Assembly (NCBI RefSeq): GCF_044704955.1
Contig: NW_027250833.1
Span: forward strand, 62,001-97,041
Direction of reading: 5' to 3'
Length of the DNA: 35,041 nucleotides
Source: Pristiophorus japonicus
Taxonomy: Eukaryota
Under the pieces are notes generated by a model that ran no database searches, was not told the DNA's origin, and was given only the letters and a program-made list of their open reading frames with translations. Of this stretch, positions 1 through 12,489 are shown one piece after another (position 1 is the stretch's first letter; each line of letters begins with the position of its first letter). Position numbers and translations under genes: made by a program.

Positions 1-3000
1 GTCAGTACGTCTCACACTGCACCATTGAGGGGGAATGGTGTCGGTACGTCTCACACTGCACCATGGAGGGGGAATGGTGTCGGTACGACTCACACTGCCT
101 GCACCATGGAGGGGGAATGGTGTCGGTACGTCTCACACTGCACCATGGAGGGGGAATGGTGTCGGTACGTCTCACACTGCCTGCACCATGGAGGGGGAAT
201 GGTGTCGGTACGTCTCACACTGCACCATGGAGGGGGAATGGTGTCAGTACGTCTCACACTGCACCATGGAGGGGGAATGGTGTCAGTACGTCTCACACTG
301 CACCATGGAGGGGGAATGGTGTCGGTACGTCTCACACTGCACCATGGAGGGGGAATGGTGTCGGTACGTCTCACACTGCACCATGGAGGGGGAATGGTGT
401 CGGTACGTCTCACACTGCACCATGGAGGGGGAATGGTGTCGGTACGTCTCACACTGCACCATGGAGGGGGAATGGTGTCGGTACGGCTCACACTGCCTGC
501 ACCATGGAGGGGGAATGGTGTCGGTACGTCTCACACTGCACCATGGAGGGGGAATGGTGTCGGTACGTCTCACACTGCACCATGGAGGGGGAATGGTGTC
601 GGTACGTCTCACACTGCACCATGGAGGGGGAATGGTGTCGGTACGTCTCACACTGCACCATGGAGGGGGAATGGTGTCAGTACGTCTCACACTGCACCAT
701 GGAGGGGGAATGGTGTCGGTACGTCTCACACTGCACCATGGAGGGGGAATGGTGTCGGTACGTCTCACACTGCACCATGGAGGGGGAATGGTGTCGGTAC
801 GTCTCACACTGCCTGCACCATGGAGGGGGAATGGTGTCAGTACGTCTCACACTGCACCATGGAGGGGGAATGGTGTCGGTACGTCTCACACTGCACCATG
901 GAGGGGGAATGGTGTCGGTACGACTCACACTGCCTGCACCATGGAGGGGGAATGGTGTCGGTACGTCTCACACTGCACCATGGAGGGGGAATGGTGTCGG
1001 TACGTCTCACACTGCCTGCACCATGGAGGGGGAATGGTGTCGGTACGTCTCACACTGCACCATGGAGGGGGAATGGTGTCGGTACGGCTCACACTGCCTG
1101 CACCATGGAGGGGGAATGGTGTCGGTACGTCTCACACTGCACCATGGAGGGGGAATGGTGTCGGTACGTCTCACACTGCACCATGGAGGGGGAATGGTGT
1201 CGGTACGTCTCACACTGCCTGCACCATGGAGGGTGAATGGTGTCGGTACGTCTCACACTGCACCATGGAGGGGGAATGGTGTCGGTACGTCTCACACTGC
1301 ACCATGGAGGGGGAATGGTGTCGGTACGTCTCACACTGCACCATGGAGGGGGAATGGTGTCGGTACGTCTCACACTGCCTGCACCATGGAGGGGGAATGG
1401 TGTCGGTACGTCTCACACTGCACCATGGAGGGGGAATGGTGTCGGTACGTCTCACACTGCCTGCACCATGGAGGGGGAATGGTGTCGGTACGTCTCACAC
1501 TGCACCATGGAGGGGGAATGGTGTCGGTACGTCTCACACTGCACCATGGAGGGGGAATGGTGTCGGTACGTCTCACACTGCACCATGGAGGGGGAATGGT
1601 GTCGGTACGTCTCACACTGCACCATGGAGGGGGAATGGTGTCGGTACGTCTCACACTGCACCATGGAGGGGGAATGGTGTCGGTACGTCTCACACTGCAC
1701 CATGGAGGGGGAATGGTGTCGGTACGTCTCACACTGCACCATGGAGGGGGAATGGTGTCGGTACGTCTCACACTGCACCATGGAGGGGGAATGGTGTCGG
1801 TACGTCTCACACTGCACCATGGAGAGGGAATGGTGTCGGTACGTCTCACACTGCACCATGGAGGGGGAATGGTGTCGGTACGTCTCACACTGCACCATGG
1901 AGGGGGAATGGTGTCGGTACGTCTCACACTGCACCATGGAGGGGGAATGGTGTCGGTACGTCTCACACTGCACCATGGAGGGGGAATGGTGTCGGTACGT
2001 CTCACACTGCACCATGGAGGGGGAATGGTGTCGGTACGTCTCACACTGCACCATGGAGGGGGAATGGTGTCGGTACGTCTCACACTGCACCATGGAGGGG
2101 GAATGGTGTCGGTACGTCTCACACTGCACCATGGAGGGGGAATGGTGTCGGTACGTCTCACACTGCCTGCACCATGGAGGGGGAATGGTGTCAGTACGTC
2201 TCACACTGCACCATGGAGGGGGAATGGTGTCGGTACGTCTCACACTGCCTGCACCATGGAGGGGGAATGGTGTCGGTACGTCTCACACTGCACCATGGAG
2301 AGGGAATGGTGTCGGTACGTCTCACACTGCACCATGGAGGGGGAATGGTGAAGGTACGTCTCACACTGCACCATGGAGGGGGAATGGTGTCGGTACGTCT
2401 CACACTGCCTGCACCATGGAGGGGGAATGGTGTCGGTACGTCTCACACTGCACCATGGAGGGGGAATGGTGTCGGTACGTCTCACACTGCACCATGGAGG
2501 GGGAATGGTGTCGGTACGTCTCACACTGCACCATGGAGGGGGAATGGTGTCGGTACGTCTCACACTGCACCATGGAGGGGGAATGGTGTCGGTACGTCTC
2601 ACACTGCCTGCACCATGGAGGGGGAATGGTGTCAGTACGTCTCACACTGCACCATGGAGGGGGAATGGTGTTGGTACGTCTCACACTGCCTGCACCATGG
2701 AGGGGGAATGGTGTCGGTACGTCTCACACTGCACCATGGAGAGGGAATGGTGTCGGTACGTCTCACACTGCACCATGGAGGGGGAATGGTGAAGGTACGT
2801 CTCACACTGCACCATGGAGGGGGAATGGTGTCGGTACGTCTCACACTGCACCATGGAGAGGGAATGGTGTCGGTACGTCTCACACTGCACCATGGAGGGG
2901 GAATGGTGTCGGTACGTCTCACACTGCACCATGGAGGGGGAATGGTGTCGGTACGTCTCACACTGCCTGCACCATGGAGGGGGAATGGTGTCGGTACGTC

Positions 3001-6000
3001 TCACACTGCACCATGGAGGGGGAATGGTGTCGGTACGGGCTCACACTGCACCATGGAGGGGCAATGGTGTCGGTACGGGCTCACACTGCACCATGGAGGG
3101 GGAATGGTGTCGGTACGTCTCACACTGCCTGCACCATGGAGGGGGAATGGTGTCGGTACGGGCTCACACTGCACCATGGAGGGGGAATGGTGTCGGTACG
3201 TCTCACACTGCACCATGGAGGGGGAATGGTGTCGGTACGTCTCACACTGCCTGCACCATGGAGGGGGAATGGTGTCAGTACGTCTCACACTGCACCATGG
3301 AGGGGGAATGGTGTCGGTACGTCTCACACTGCACCATGGAGGGGGAATGGTGTCGGTACGTCTCACACTGCACCATGGAGGGGGAATGGTGTCGGTACGT
3401 CTCACACTGCCTGCACCATGGAGGGGGAATGGTGTCGGTACGTCTCACACTGCACCATGGAGGGGGAATGGTGTCGGTACGTCTCACACTGCACCATGGA
3501 GAGGGAATGGTGTCAGTACGTCTCACACTGCACCATGGAGGGGGAATGGTGTCGGTACGTCTCACACTGCACCATGGAGAGGGAATGGTGTCGGTACGTC
3601 TCACACTGCACCATGGAGGGGGAATGGTGTCGGTACGTCTCACACTGCCTGCACCATGGAGGGGGAATGGTGTCGGTACGTCTCACACTGCCTGCACCAT
3701 GGAGGGGGAATGGTGTCGGTACGTCTCACACTGCACCATGGAGGGGGAATGGTGTCGGTACGTCTCACACTGCCTGCACCATGGAGGGGGAATGGTGTCG
3801 GTACGTCTCACACTGCACCATGGAGAGGGAATGGTGTCGGTACGTCTCACACTGCCTGCACCATGGAGGGGGAATGGTGTCGGTACGTCTCACACTGCAC
3901 CATGGAGGGGGAATGGTGTCGGTACGTCTCACACTGCACCATGGAGGGGGAATGGTGTCGGTACGTCTCACACTGCCTGCACCATGGAGGGGGAATGGTG
4001 TCGGTACGTCTCACACTGCACCATGGAGGGGGAATGGTGTCGGTACGGGCTCACACTGCACCATGGAGGGGGAATGGTGTCGGTACGTCTCACACTGCAC
4101 CATGGAGGGGGAATGGTGTCGGTACGTCTCACACTGCACCATGGAGGGGGAATGGTGTCGGTACGTCTCACACTGCACCATGGAGGGGGAATGGTGTCAG
4201 TACGTCTCACACTGCACCATGGAGGGGGAATGGTGTCGGTACGTCTCACACTGCACCATGGAGGGGGAATGGTGTCGGTACGTCTCACACTGCCTGCACC
4301 ATGGAGGGGGAATGGTGTCGGTACGTCTCACACTGCACCATGGAGGGGGAATGGTGACGGTACGTCTCACACTGCACCATGGAGGGGGAATGGTGACGGT
4401 ACGTCTCACACTGCACCATGGAGGGGGAATGGTGTCGGTACGTCTCACACTGCCTGCACCATGGAGGGGGAATGGTGTCGGTACGTCTCACACTGCACCA
4501 TGGAGGGGGAATGGTGTCGGTACGGGCTCACACTGCCTGCACCATGGAGGGGGAATGGTGTCGGTACGTCTCACACTGCCTGCACCATGGAGAGGGAATG
4601 GTGTCGGTACGTCTCACACTGCACCATGGAGGGGGAATGGTGTCAGTACGTCTCACACTGCACCATGGAGGGGGAATGGTGAAGGTACGTCTCACACTGC
4701 ACCATCGAGGGGGAATGGTGTCGGTACGTCTCACACTGCACCATGGAGGGGGAATGGTGTCGGTACGTCTCACACTGCACCATGGAGAGGGAATGGTGTC
4801 AGTACGTCTCACACTGCACCATGGAGGGGGAATGGTGAAGGTACGTCTCACACTGCACCATGGAGGGGGAATGGTGTCGGTACGTCTCACACTGCACCAT
4901 GGAGAGGGAATGGTGTCGGTACGTCTCACACTGCACCATGGAGGGGGAATGGTGTCGGTACGTCTCACACTGCACCATGGAGGGGGAATGGTGTCGGTAC
5001 GTCTCACACTGCACCATGGAGAGGGAATGGTGTCGGTACGTCTCACACTGCACCATGGAGGGGGAATGGTGTCGGTACGTCTCACACTGCACCATGGAGG
5101 GGGAATGGTGTCGGTACGTCTCACACTGCACCATGGAGGGGGAATGGTGTCGGTACGTCTCACACTGCCTGCACCATGGAGGGGGAATGGTGTCGGTACG
5201 TCTCACACTGCACCATGGAGGGGGAATGGTGAAGGTACGTCTCACACTGCCTGCACCATGGAGGGGGAATGGTGTCGGTACGTCTCACACTGCACCATGG
5301 AGGGGGAATGGTGTCGGTACGGCTCACACTGCACCATGGAGGGGGAATGGTGTCAGTACGTCTCACACTGCACCATGGAGGGGGAATGGTGTCGGTACGT
5401 CTCACACTGCACCATGGAGAGGGAATGGTGTCGGTACGTCTCACACTGCACCATGGAGGGGGAATGGTGTCGGTACGTCTCACACTGCCTGCACCATGGA
5501 GGGGGAATGGTGTCGGTACGTCTCACACTGCACCATGGAGGGGGAATGGTGTCGGTACGTCTCACACTGCCTGCACCATGGAGGGGGAATGGTGTCGTTA
5601 CGTCTCACACTGCCTGCACCATGGAGGGGGAATGGTGTCGGTACGTCTCACACTGCACCATGGAGGGGGAATGGTGTCAGTACGTCTCACACTGCACCAT
5701 GGAGGGGGAATGGTGTCGGTACGTCTCACACTGCACCATGGAGGGGGAATGGTGAAGGTACGTCTCACACTGCACCATGGAGGGGGAATGGTGTCAGTAC
5801 GTCTCACACTGCACCATGGCGGGGAATGGTGTCGGTACGTCTCACACTGCACCATGGAGGGGGAATGGTGTCAGTACGTCTCACACTGCACCATGGAGGG
5901 GGAATGGTGTCGGTACGTCTCACACTGCACCATGGAGGGGGAATGGTGTCGGTACGTCTCACACTGCACCATGGAGGGGGAATGGTGTCGGTACGTCTCA

Positions 6001-7529
6001 CACTGCACCATGGAGGGGGAATGGTGTCGGTACGTCTCACACTGCCTGCACCATGGAGGGGGAATGGTGTCGGTACGTCTCACACTGCACCATGGAGAGG
6101 GAATGGTGTCAGTACGTCTCACACTGCACCATGGAGGGGGAATGGTGAAGGTACGTCTCACACTGCACCATGGAGGGGGAATGGTGTCGGTACGTCTCAC
6201 ACTGCACCATGGAAGGGGAATGGTGTCGGTACGTCTCACACTGCACCATGGAGGGGGAATGGTGTCGGTACGTCTCACACTGCCTGCACCATGGAGAGGG
6301 AATGGTGTCGGTACGTCTCACACTGCACCATGGAGGGGGAATGGTGTCGGTACGTCTCACACTGCACCATGGAGGGGGAATGGTGTCGGTACGTCTCACA
6401 CTGCACCATGGAGGGGGAATGGTGTCGGTACGTCTCACACTGCACCATGGAGGGGGAATGGTGTCGGTACGTCTCACACTGCACCATGGAGGGGGAATGG
6501 TGACGGTACGTCTCACACTGCACCATGGAGGGGGAATGGTGTCAGTACGTCTCACACTGCACCATGGAGGGGGAATGGTGACGGTACGTCTCACACTGCA
6601 CCATGGAGGGGGAATGGTGTCGGTACGTCTCACACTGCCTGCACCATGGAGGGGGAATGGTGTCGGTACGTCTCACACTGCACCATGGAGGGGGAATGGT
6701 GTCGGTACGTCTCACACTGCCTGCACCATGGAGGGGGAATGGTGTCGGTACGTCTCACACTGCCTGCACCATGGAGGGGGAATGGTGTCGGTACGTCTCA
6801 CACTGCACCATGGAGGGGGAATGGTGTCGGTACGTCTCACACTGCACCATGGAGGGGGAATGGTGTCGGTACGTCTCACACTGCACCATGGAGGGGGAAT
6901 GGTGTCGGTACGTCTCACACTGCACCATGGAGGGGGAATGGTGTCGGTACGTCACACACTGCACCATGGAGGGGGAATGGTGTCGGTACGTCTCACACTG
7001 CACCATGGAGGGGGAATGGTGTCGGTACGTCTCACACTGCACCATGGAGGGGGAATGGTGTCGGTACGTCTCACACTGCACCATGGAGGGGGAATGGTGT
7101 CAGTACGTCTCACACTGCACCATGGAGGGGGAATGGTGACGGTACGTCTCACACTGCCTGCACCATGGAGGGGGAATGGTGTCGGTACGTCTCACACTGC
7201 CTGCACCATGGAGGGGGAATGGTGTCGGTACGTCTCACACTGCACCATGGAGGGGGAATGGTGTCGGTACGTCTCACACTGCACCATGGAGGGGGAATGG
7301 TGTCGGTACGTCTCACACTGCCTGCACCATGGAGGGGGAATGGTGAAGGTACGTCTCACACTGCACCATGGAGGGGGAATGGTGAAGGTACGTCTCACAC
7401 TGCACCATGGAGGGGGAATGGTGTCGGTACGGGCTCACACTGCACCATGGAGGGGGAATGGTGATAGTACGGCTCACACTGCACCATGGAGGGGGAATGG
7501 TGAAGGTACGGGCTCACACTGCCTGCACC
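1..7529. repeat. Large minisatellite, 39-bp unit CACCATGGAGGGGGAATGGTGTCGGTACGTCTCACACTG with interspersed 43-bp (+CCTG) and 40-bp variants; roughly 185-190 copies; probably in the CH1-CH2 intron
   Basis: Directly visible tandem array; the 13-aa periodic ORFs in all three + frames reflect the 39-bp unit. It runs off the left edge of the window. Confidence 0.98.
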
Positions 7530-7654
7530 TTGTGGATAATTGTAGTTTCCCCACAGGCTCAGCGAGAAGGTTACAAAGTACAGCCCTGTCGGCTCCGATC
7601 CCAGACCCGGTTATGGGCACTGTGGGATCTTCAGGTCCCTGCAGAAACATTGGC

Positions 7655-8085
7655 TGTGAGGACAGATTGGATCGGCTGGGGTTGTTTACTTTGGAACAGA
7701 GGAGGCTGAGGGGAGACCTGATTGAGGTGTATAAAATTATGAGGGGCCTGGATAGAGTGGATAGGAAGGACTCGTTTCCCTTAGCCGAGGGGTCAATAAC
7801 CAGGGGACGTAGATTTAAAGTAATTGGTCGGGGGAATTTGAGTGGAAAGTTTTTAACCCAGAGGGTGGTGGGGGTCTGGAACTCACGGCCTGAAAGGGTG
7901 GTAGAGGCAGAAACCCTCACCATATTTAAACAGTACCTGGATGTACACCTGAAGTGCTGTAACCCACAGGGCTACGGACCGAGAGCTGGAAAGTGGGATT
8001 AGGCTGGGTAGCTCTTGGTCGGCCGGTGTGGACACGATGGGTCGAATGGCCTCCTTCCGTGCTGTAAATTTCTATGATGCTGTGA
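7655..8085 (+). mobile_element. CR1-type LINE 3' fragment (ORF2 C-terminus and 3' UTR)
   Basis: Translation EDRLDRLGLFTLEQRRLRGDLIEVYKIMRGLDRVD...FLTQRVVGVWNS is the typical CR1 ORF2 C-terminal motif; ends in a TTCTATGA-like tail. Confidence 0.92.
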
Positions 8086-8410
8086 ACATACACAGCAAAT
8101 CGGTCAGCATCTGAAATGTGAAAAGGGAGGCTGGTTTTCCGAGCCCAGATCTGAAAAGTAACCACACATTTCAGGAGAGGCCGAGAGAGAATCCAGTCAC
8201 AATTGGGGGTGGATTGACAGGCTGAGTGAGATGAAAGGTCACCTGAGAGATCCACAGGATTCCCTTGTTCTGTTGATACCCCTCGATATCTGTCCAGGGG
8301 AACACAGGAACAGGGGTAGGCCAGTCAGCCTCTCCGGCCCGTTCTGCTACTGCATTAGATCGCGGCCAATCCCAACCCCATTTAATCTGAAATCTTGTAA
8401 CGTGTTACAG

Positions 8411-8716
8411 CTCAAGCTCCAAGCCTCATCTCGCTTGTTCCATCGCCGGAGGTTGTCTACAATCAAACCACCGCTGTCCTGGGCTGTGCCATATCTGGTT
8501 TCTATCCCGACAAACTAAAGGTTTCCTGGAAGAAAGGCGGGGTGGACCAGAAGGGTATCGTTCTCCCTTCCAGACCGGGAGCCGCCGATACCTTTGAAAC
8601 GGTGGCTTACCTGACGGTGCCTGTGGAGGAATGGACCAAGGGGGAGGTCTACACCTGTGAAGTGGCCCATGGACCTTCGAACCTCCCTAACACAATCAGC
8701 ATGAGGTATCAAGCGG
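8411..8716 (+). CDS. IgW: Ig heavy chain constant exon, probable IgW CH2 (QAPSLISLVPSPEVVYNQTTAVLGCAISGFYPDKLKVSWKKGG...TVPVEEWTKGEVYTCEVAHGPSNLPNTISMRYQA)
   Basis: Acceptor gtgttacag|8411, donor G|gtaagt at 8716/8717, 306 bp, phase 1/1, open frame. Canonical C1-set Cys..GFYP..W..YTCEVxH. Resembles skate/shark IgW CH2 as I recall it, and not IgNAR C1. Confidence 0.9.
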
Positions 8717-8884
8717 GTAAGTGGTGTCTGAGGGGGAGGAATATGGTCAGTAATCCAGCCTTGTATTAACTTAATGCGCTAATGTTCGCCCTTAACTCGT
8801 GAATCACTGTCCCGAATATCGCCCCTGGTGAGAGAGGCGAGATGTTTAGTATTTTACGTGTTGATATTGAACCGACACTTAGAG

Positions 8885-9030
8885 AGAGTAACTTTAACCC
8901 AAGGCGCTGGGCGGGGAAACTGCCGGGGTCGGGCTGGTCACCCGTTTACTTCTCGCCCGATTTTACTCTCCGCTAACTTCAATGGAAAGGATAATGGTGC
9001 GGAGCGTGAAACGGGCGGCCCATCGATACC
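8885..9030. repeat. Degenerate palindromic (MITE-like) interspersed repeat remnant
   Basis: Imperfect dyad: CCCGTTT...CCGATTTTACTCTCC-(loop with CTTCAATGGA)-...AAACGGGCGG; resembles a hairpin-type shark repeat. Confidence 0.4.
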
Positions 9031-9089
9031 TTCACCTCCTACCTGTTCCCTTCCTACTGTCTCCCAAATGTTATTTTATAGACTAGAAC

Positions 9090-9765
9090 CAGAGAATGGT
9101 CACAGCACGAAAGGCCAGTCAGCCCATCGAGCCCGTGCTGACCCCAGCCAGTCCCACTCCCCGCCCTTTCCCCGTAGCCCGCCAATATTTTTCCCTTCAG
9201 ATATTTATCCAACTCCCTTTTGAAAGCAGGATTGAGTCTGCCTCCCCCACCCTCTCAGGCCGTGAATTCCAGATCCCAACCACTCGCTGCGTAAACAAGT
9301 ATTTTCTTACATCGCCTCTGGTTCTTCTGCCAATCGCCTTAAATCTGTGTCCCTCTGGTTCCTGACCCTTCCCCCAATGGGAACAGTTTCTCTCGACCTC
9401 TGTCCAGACCCCTCATGATTGTGAACACTTCAATCAAATCTCCTCTCAACCTTCTCTGCTCCAAGGAGAACAACCCCAGCTTCTCCAGTCCATCCCCGTC
9501 ACTGAAGTCCCACATCCCTGGAACCATTCTCGGAAATCCCCTCTGCTCCCTCTCTAAGGCCTTCACATCCTTCCTAAAGTGCGGGGCCCAGAATTGGACA
9601 CAATACTCCAGCTGGGGCCGAACCCGTGTTTTATACAGGTCCATCAACATTCCCACGGGCAGTACTCTGTGTCTCGGTTTATGAAGCCCAGGATCCTGGA
9701 AGCCTTTATAACTGCTTTCCCAACCTGAGAACACCTCTGTCAAATCTCCTCTCAACCTTCTGCGC
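9090..9765 (-). mobile_element. CR1-type LINE 3' fragment(s), degenerate
   Basis: Minus-strand translation LYKTRVRPQLEYCVQFWAPHFRKDVKALE...LEKLGLFSLEQRRLRGDLIEVF. Confidence 0.9.
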
Positions 9766-9966
9766 TTTCTGCACATACACCCACAGGTAGGAAAGAAATC
9801 TGCCCAGTTTTGCATTTGAATGAATTGCCACGAGCTGCTGCCCCCTCTCCTGAGGGAACGTGTTCCATCGATTGACCACTCACTGAAATATTGATCCCCC
9901 ACATCAGATTTGAAGTGACACGGCTCCCCTTTAAGCGCAGCTCGTGTCTCTGGTTCGCCTGTTCAG

Positions 9967-9972
9967 GACCAG
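9967..9972 (+). CDS. Candidate 6-nt microexon GACCAG (adds Gly-Pro after CH2)
   Basis: Pyrimidine-rich acceptor ctcgtgtctctggttcgcctgttcag followed 6 nt later by donor CAG|gtgaga; preserves phase 1. No transcript evidence. Confidence 0.4.
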
Positions 9973-10133
9973 GTGAGACAGCGTGTTATGGTCCACACGA
10001 TCTGCTCCCTTTTAGCATCATACAAACTCCGGATGGAGCAGAGCTCCGGGGCCGTGTGGAGCTCCCACTTTCCCAGCACGGGACGGGAGGTGAAAATGTA
10101 TAACACTTAAATCTGCAACTCTTCCGGTTCCAG

Positions 10134-10264
10134 GTGGAAACGCTGCGTGCTCTTGTTCTGGGTGTGTGCCGAAGTTTCTCTACCAGACTAACCTTAAAGT
10201 GACCCTTCCCGATGGTGACGAGCATCAATATAAATGTCACCAAAACAAATGCGAAATAAAGTGA
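10134..10264 (+). CDS. IgW: Cysteine-rich secretory tail exon of short-form IgW: (G)GNAACSCSGCVPKFLYQTNLKVTLPDGDEHQYKCHQNKCEIK*
   Basis: Acceptor caactcttccggttccag|10134; phase 1 matches the CH2 donor; 42 full codons then TGA at 10262-10264; 5 Cys. Resembles (from memory) the Cys-rich tail of skate IgX / shark IgW-short ending C..PKF.YQ.NL.V...DG....Y.C...KCEIK. Confidence 0.88.
10255..10260 (+). terminator. Candidate polyadenylation signal AATAAA for short secreted IgW, embedded in the last codons (GAA ATA AAG TGA)
   Basis: Only canonical hexamer seen near this terminal exon; T/GT-rich sequence follows. Confidence 0.6.
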
Positions 10265-10325
10265 TTGATTGTGAATGGAATTGGCCGCTGGATTTTATTA
10301 CAAAGTGTCTGATGGCTTATAGACA

Positions 10326-12330
10326 CGGCCCACAGTGTGTGTGGGGATAGAGTGTACACAGAGGGAGGGTCAGCCCACGGTGTGTGTGGGGATAGAGTGT
10401 ACACAGAGGGAGGGTACAGCCCACAGTGTGTGTGGGGATAGAGTGTACACAGAGGGAGGGTCAGCCCACAGTGTGTGTGGAGATAGAGTGTACACAGAGG
10501 GAGGGGGTACAGCCCACAGTGTGTGTGGGGATAGAGTGTACACAGAGGGAGGGTGTACAGCCCACAGTGTGTGTGGGGATAGAGTGTACACAGAGGGAGG
10601 GTACAGCCCACAGTGTGTTTGGGGATAGAGTGTACACAGAGGGAGGGTCAGCCCACGGTGTGTGTGGGGATAGAGTGTACACAGAGGGAGGGTCAGGCCA
10701 CGGTGTGTGTGGATAGAGTGTACACAGAGGGAGGGTCAGGTCACGGTGTGTGTGGGGATAGAGTGTACACAGAGGGAGGGTCAGGCCACGGTGTGTGTGG
10801 ATAGAGCGTACACAGAGGGAGGGTCAGCGTATGGTGTGTGTGGGGATAGAGTGTACACAGGGGGAGGGTCAGCCCACAGTGTGTGGGGATAGAGTGTACA
10901 CAGAGGGAGGGGTACAGCCCATGGTGTGTGTGGGGATAGAGTGTACACAGAGGGAGGGTACAGCCCACGGTGTATGTTGGGAATAGAGTGTACACAGAGG
11001 GAGGGTACAGCCCACGGTGTGTGGGGATAGAGTGTACACAGAGGGAGGGTACAGCCCATGGTGTGTGGGATAGAGTGTTACACAGAGGAAGGGTCAGGCC
11101 ACGGTGTGTGGGGATAGACTGTACAAAGAGGAAGGGTCAGGCCACGGTGTGTGGGGATAGAGTGTACACAGAGGGAGGGGGTACAGCCCACGGTGTGTGT
11201 GGGGATAGAGTGCACACAGAGGGAGGGTCAGCCCACGGTGTATATTGGGATACAGTGTACACAGAGGGAGGGTACAGCCCATGGTGTGTGTGGGGATAGA
11301 GTGTACACAGAGGGAGGGGGTACAGCCCACGGTGTATATGGGGATAGAGTGTACACAGAGGGAGGGTCAGCCCACGGTGTGTGTGGGGATAGAGTGTACA
11401 CAGAGGGAGGGTCAGGCCACGGTGTGTGTGGATAGAGTGTACACAGAGGGAGGGTCAGGTCACGGTGTGTGTGGGGATAGAGTGTACACAGAGGGAGGGT
11501 CAGGCCACGGTGTGTGTGGATAGAGCGTACACAGAGGGAGGGTCAGCGTATGGTGTGTGTGGGGATAGAGTGTACACAGAGGGAGGGTACAGCCCACGGT
11601 GTGTGGGGATAGAGTGTACACAGAGGGAGGGTACAGCCCATGGTGTGTGGGATAGAGTGTTACACAGAGGAAGGGTCAGGCCACGGTGTGTGGGGATAGA
11701 CTGTACAAAGAGGAAGGGTCAGGCCACGGTGTGTGGGGATAGAGTGTACACAGAGGGAGGGAGTACAGCCCACGGTGTGTGTGGGGATAGAGTGCACACA
11801 GAGGGAGGGTCAGCCCACGGTGTATATTGGGATACAGTGTACACAGAGGGAGGGTACAGCCCATGGTGTGTGTGGGGATAGAGTGTACACAGAGGGAGGG
11901 GGTACAGCCCACGGTGTATATGGGGATAGAGTGTACACAGAGGGAGGGTACAGCCCACGGTGTGTGTGGGGATAGAGTGTACACAGAGGGAGGGGGTACA
12001 GCCCACGGTGTATACGGGGATAGAGTGTACACAGAGGGAGGGTCAACCCATGGTGTGTGTGGATACAGTGTACACAGAGGGAGGGGGTACAACCCACGGT
12101 GTGTGTGGGGATAGAGTGTACACAGAGGGAGGGTCAGCCCACGGTGTGTGTGGGGATAGAGTGTACACAGAGGGAGGGTACAGCCCATGGTGTGTGTGGG
12201 GATAGAGTGTACACAGAGGGAGGGGGCACAGCCCACGGTGTATATGGGGATAGAGTGTACACAGAGGGAGGGGGTACAGCCCACGGTGTATATGGGGATA
12301 GAGTGTACACAGAGGGAGGGGGTACAGCCC
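10326..12330. repeat. Minisatellite, ~43-47-bp unit CAGCCCACGGTGTGTGTGGGGATAGAGTGTACACAGAGGGAGGGT(A)
   Basis: Visible tandem array with internal block duplications. Confidence 0.96.
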
Positions 12331-12489
12331 AAGCTCGGTTCCCCAGCCCAGCCCACTCCTGGTCTACATGGTCATTCTTTGCTGGGTCACTTCGGGTCGG
12401 TCCCGGCCCCACAGCTTGACCATTGCCTCTTTGGTCTGGGCCGAGTGGGCAACAATTGGAGGACCATCTCTGGCCCAGGGATACAGTGA

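Noticed and set aside
25-7464. Very long ORFs (up to 1440 aa) of HHGGGMVSVRLTL / CTMEGEWCRYVSH / APWRGNGVGTSHT repeats
   Set aside because: They result from a stop-free 39-bp unit. The frame switches at every 4-bp insertion and all frames are equally open, so there is no coding constraint.
7541-7654. Acceptor-like ATAATTGTAGTTTCCCCACAG (similar to the CH5 acceptor) followed by an open phase-1 frame
   Set aside because: No Ig motifs and no good donor; the frame runs into CR1 sequence.
8717-8769. CH2 read-through peptide GKWCLRGRNMVSNPALY* as a third secretory tail
   Set aside because: The GK start follows automatically from the G|GTAAG donor; there is no tailpiece similarity and no nearby AATAAA.
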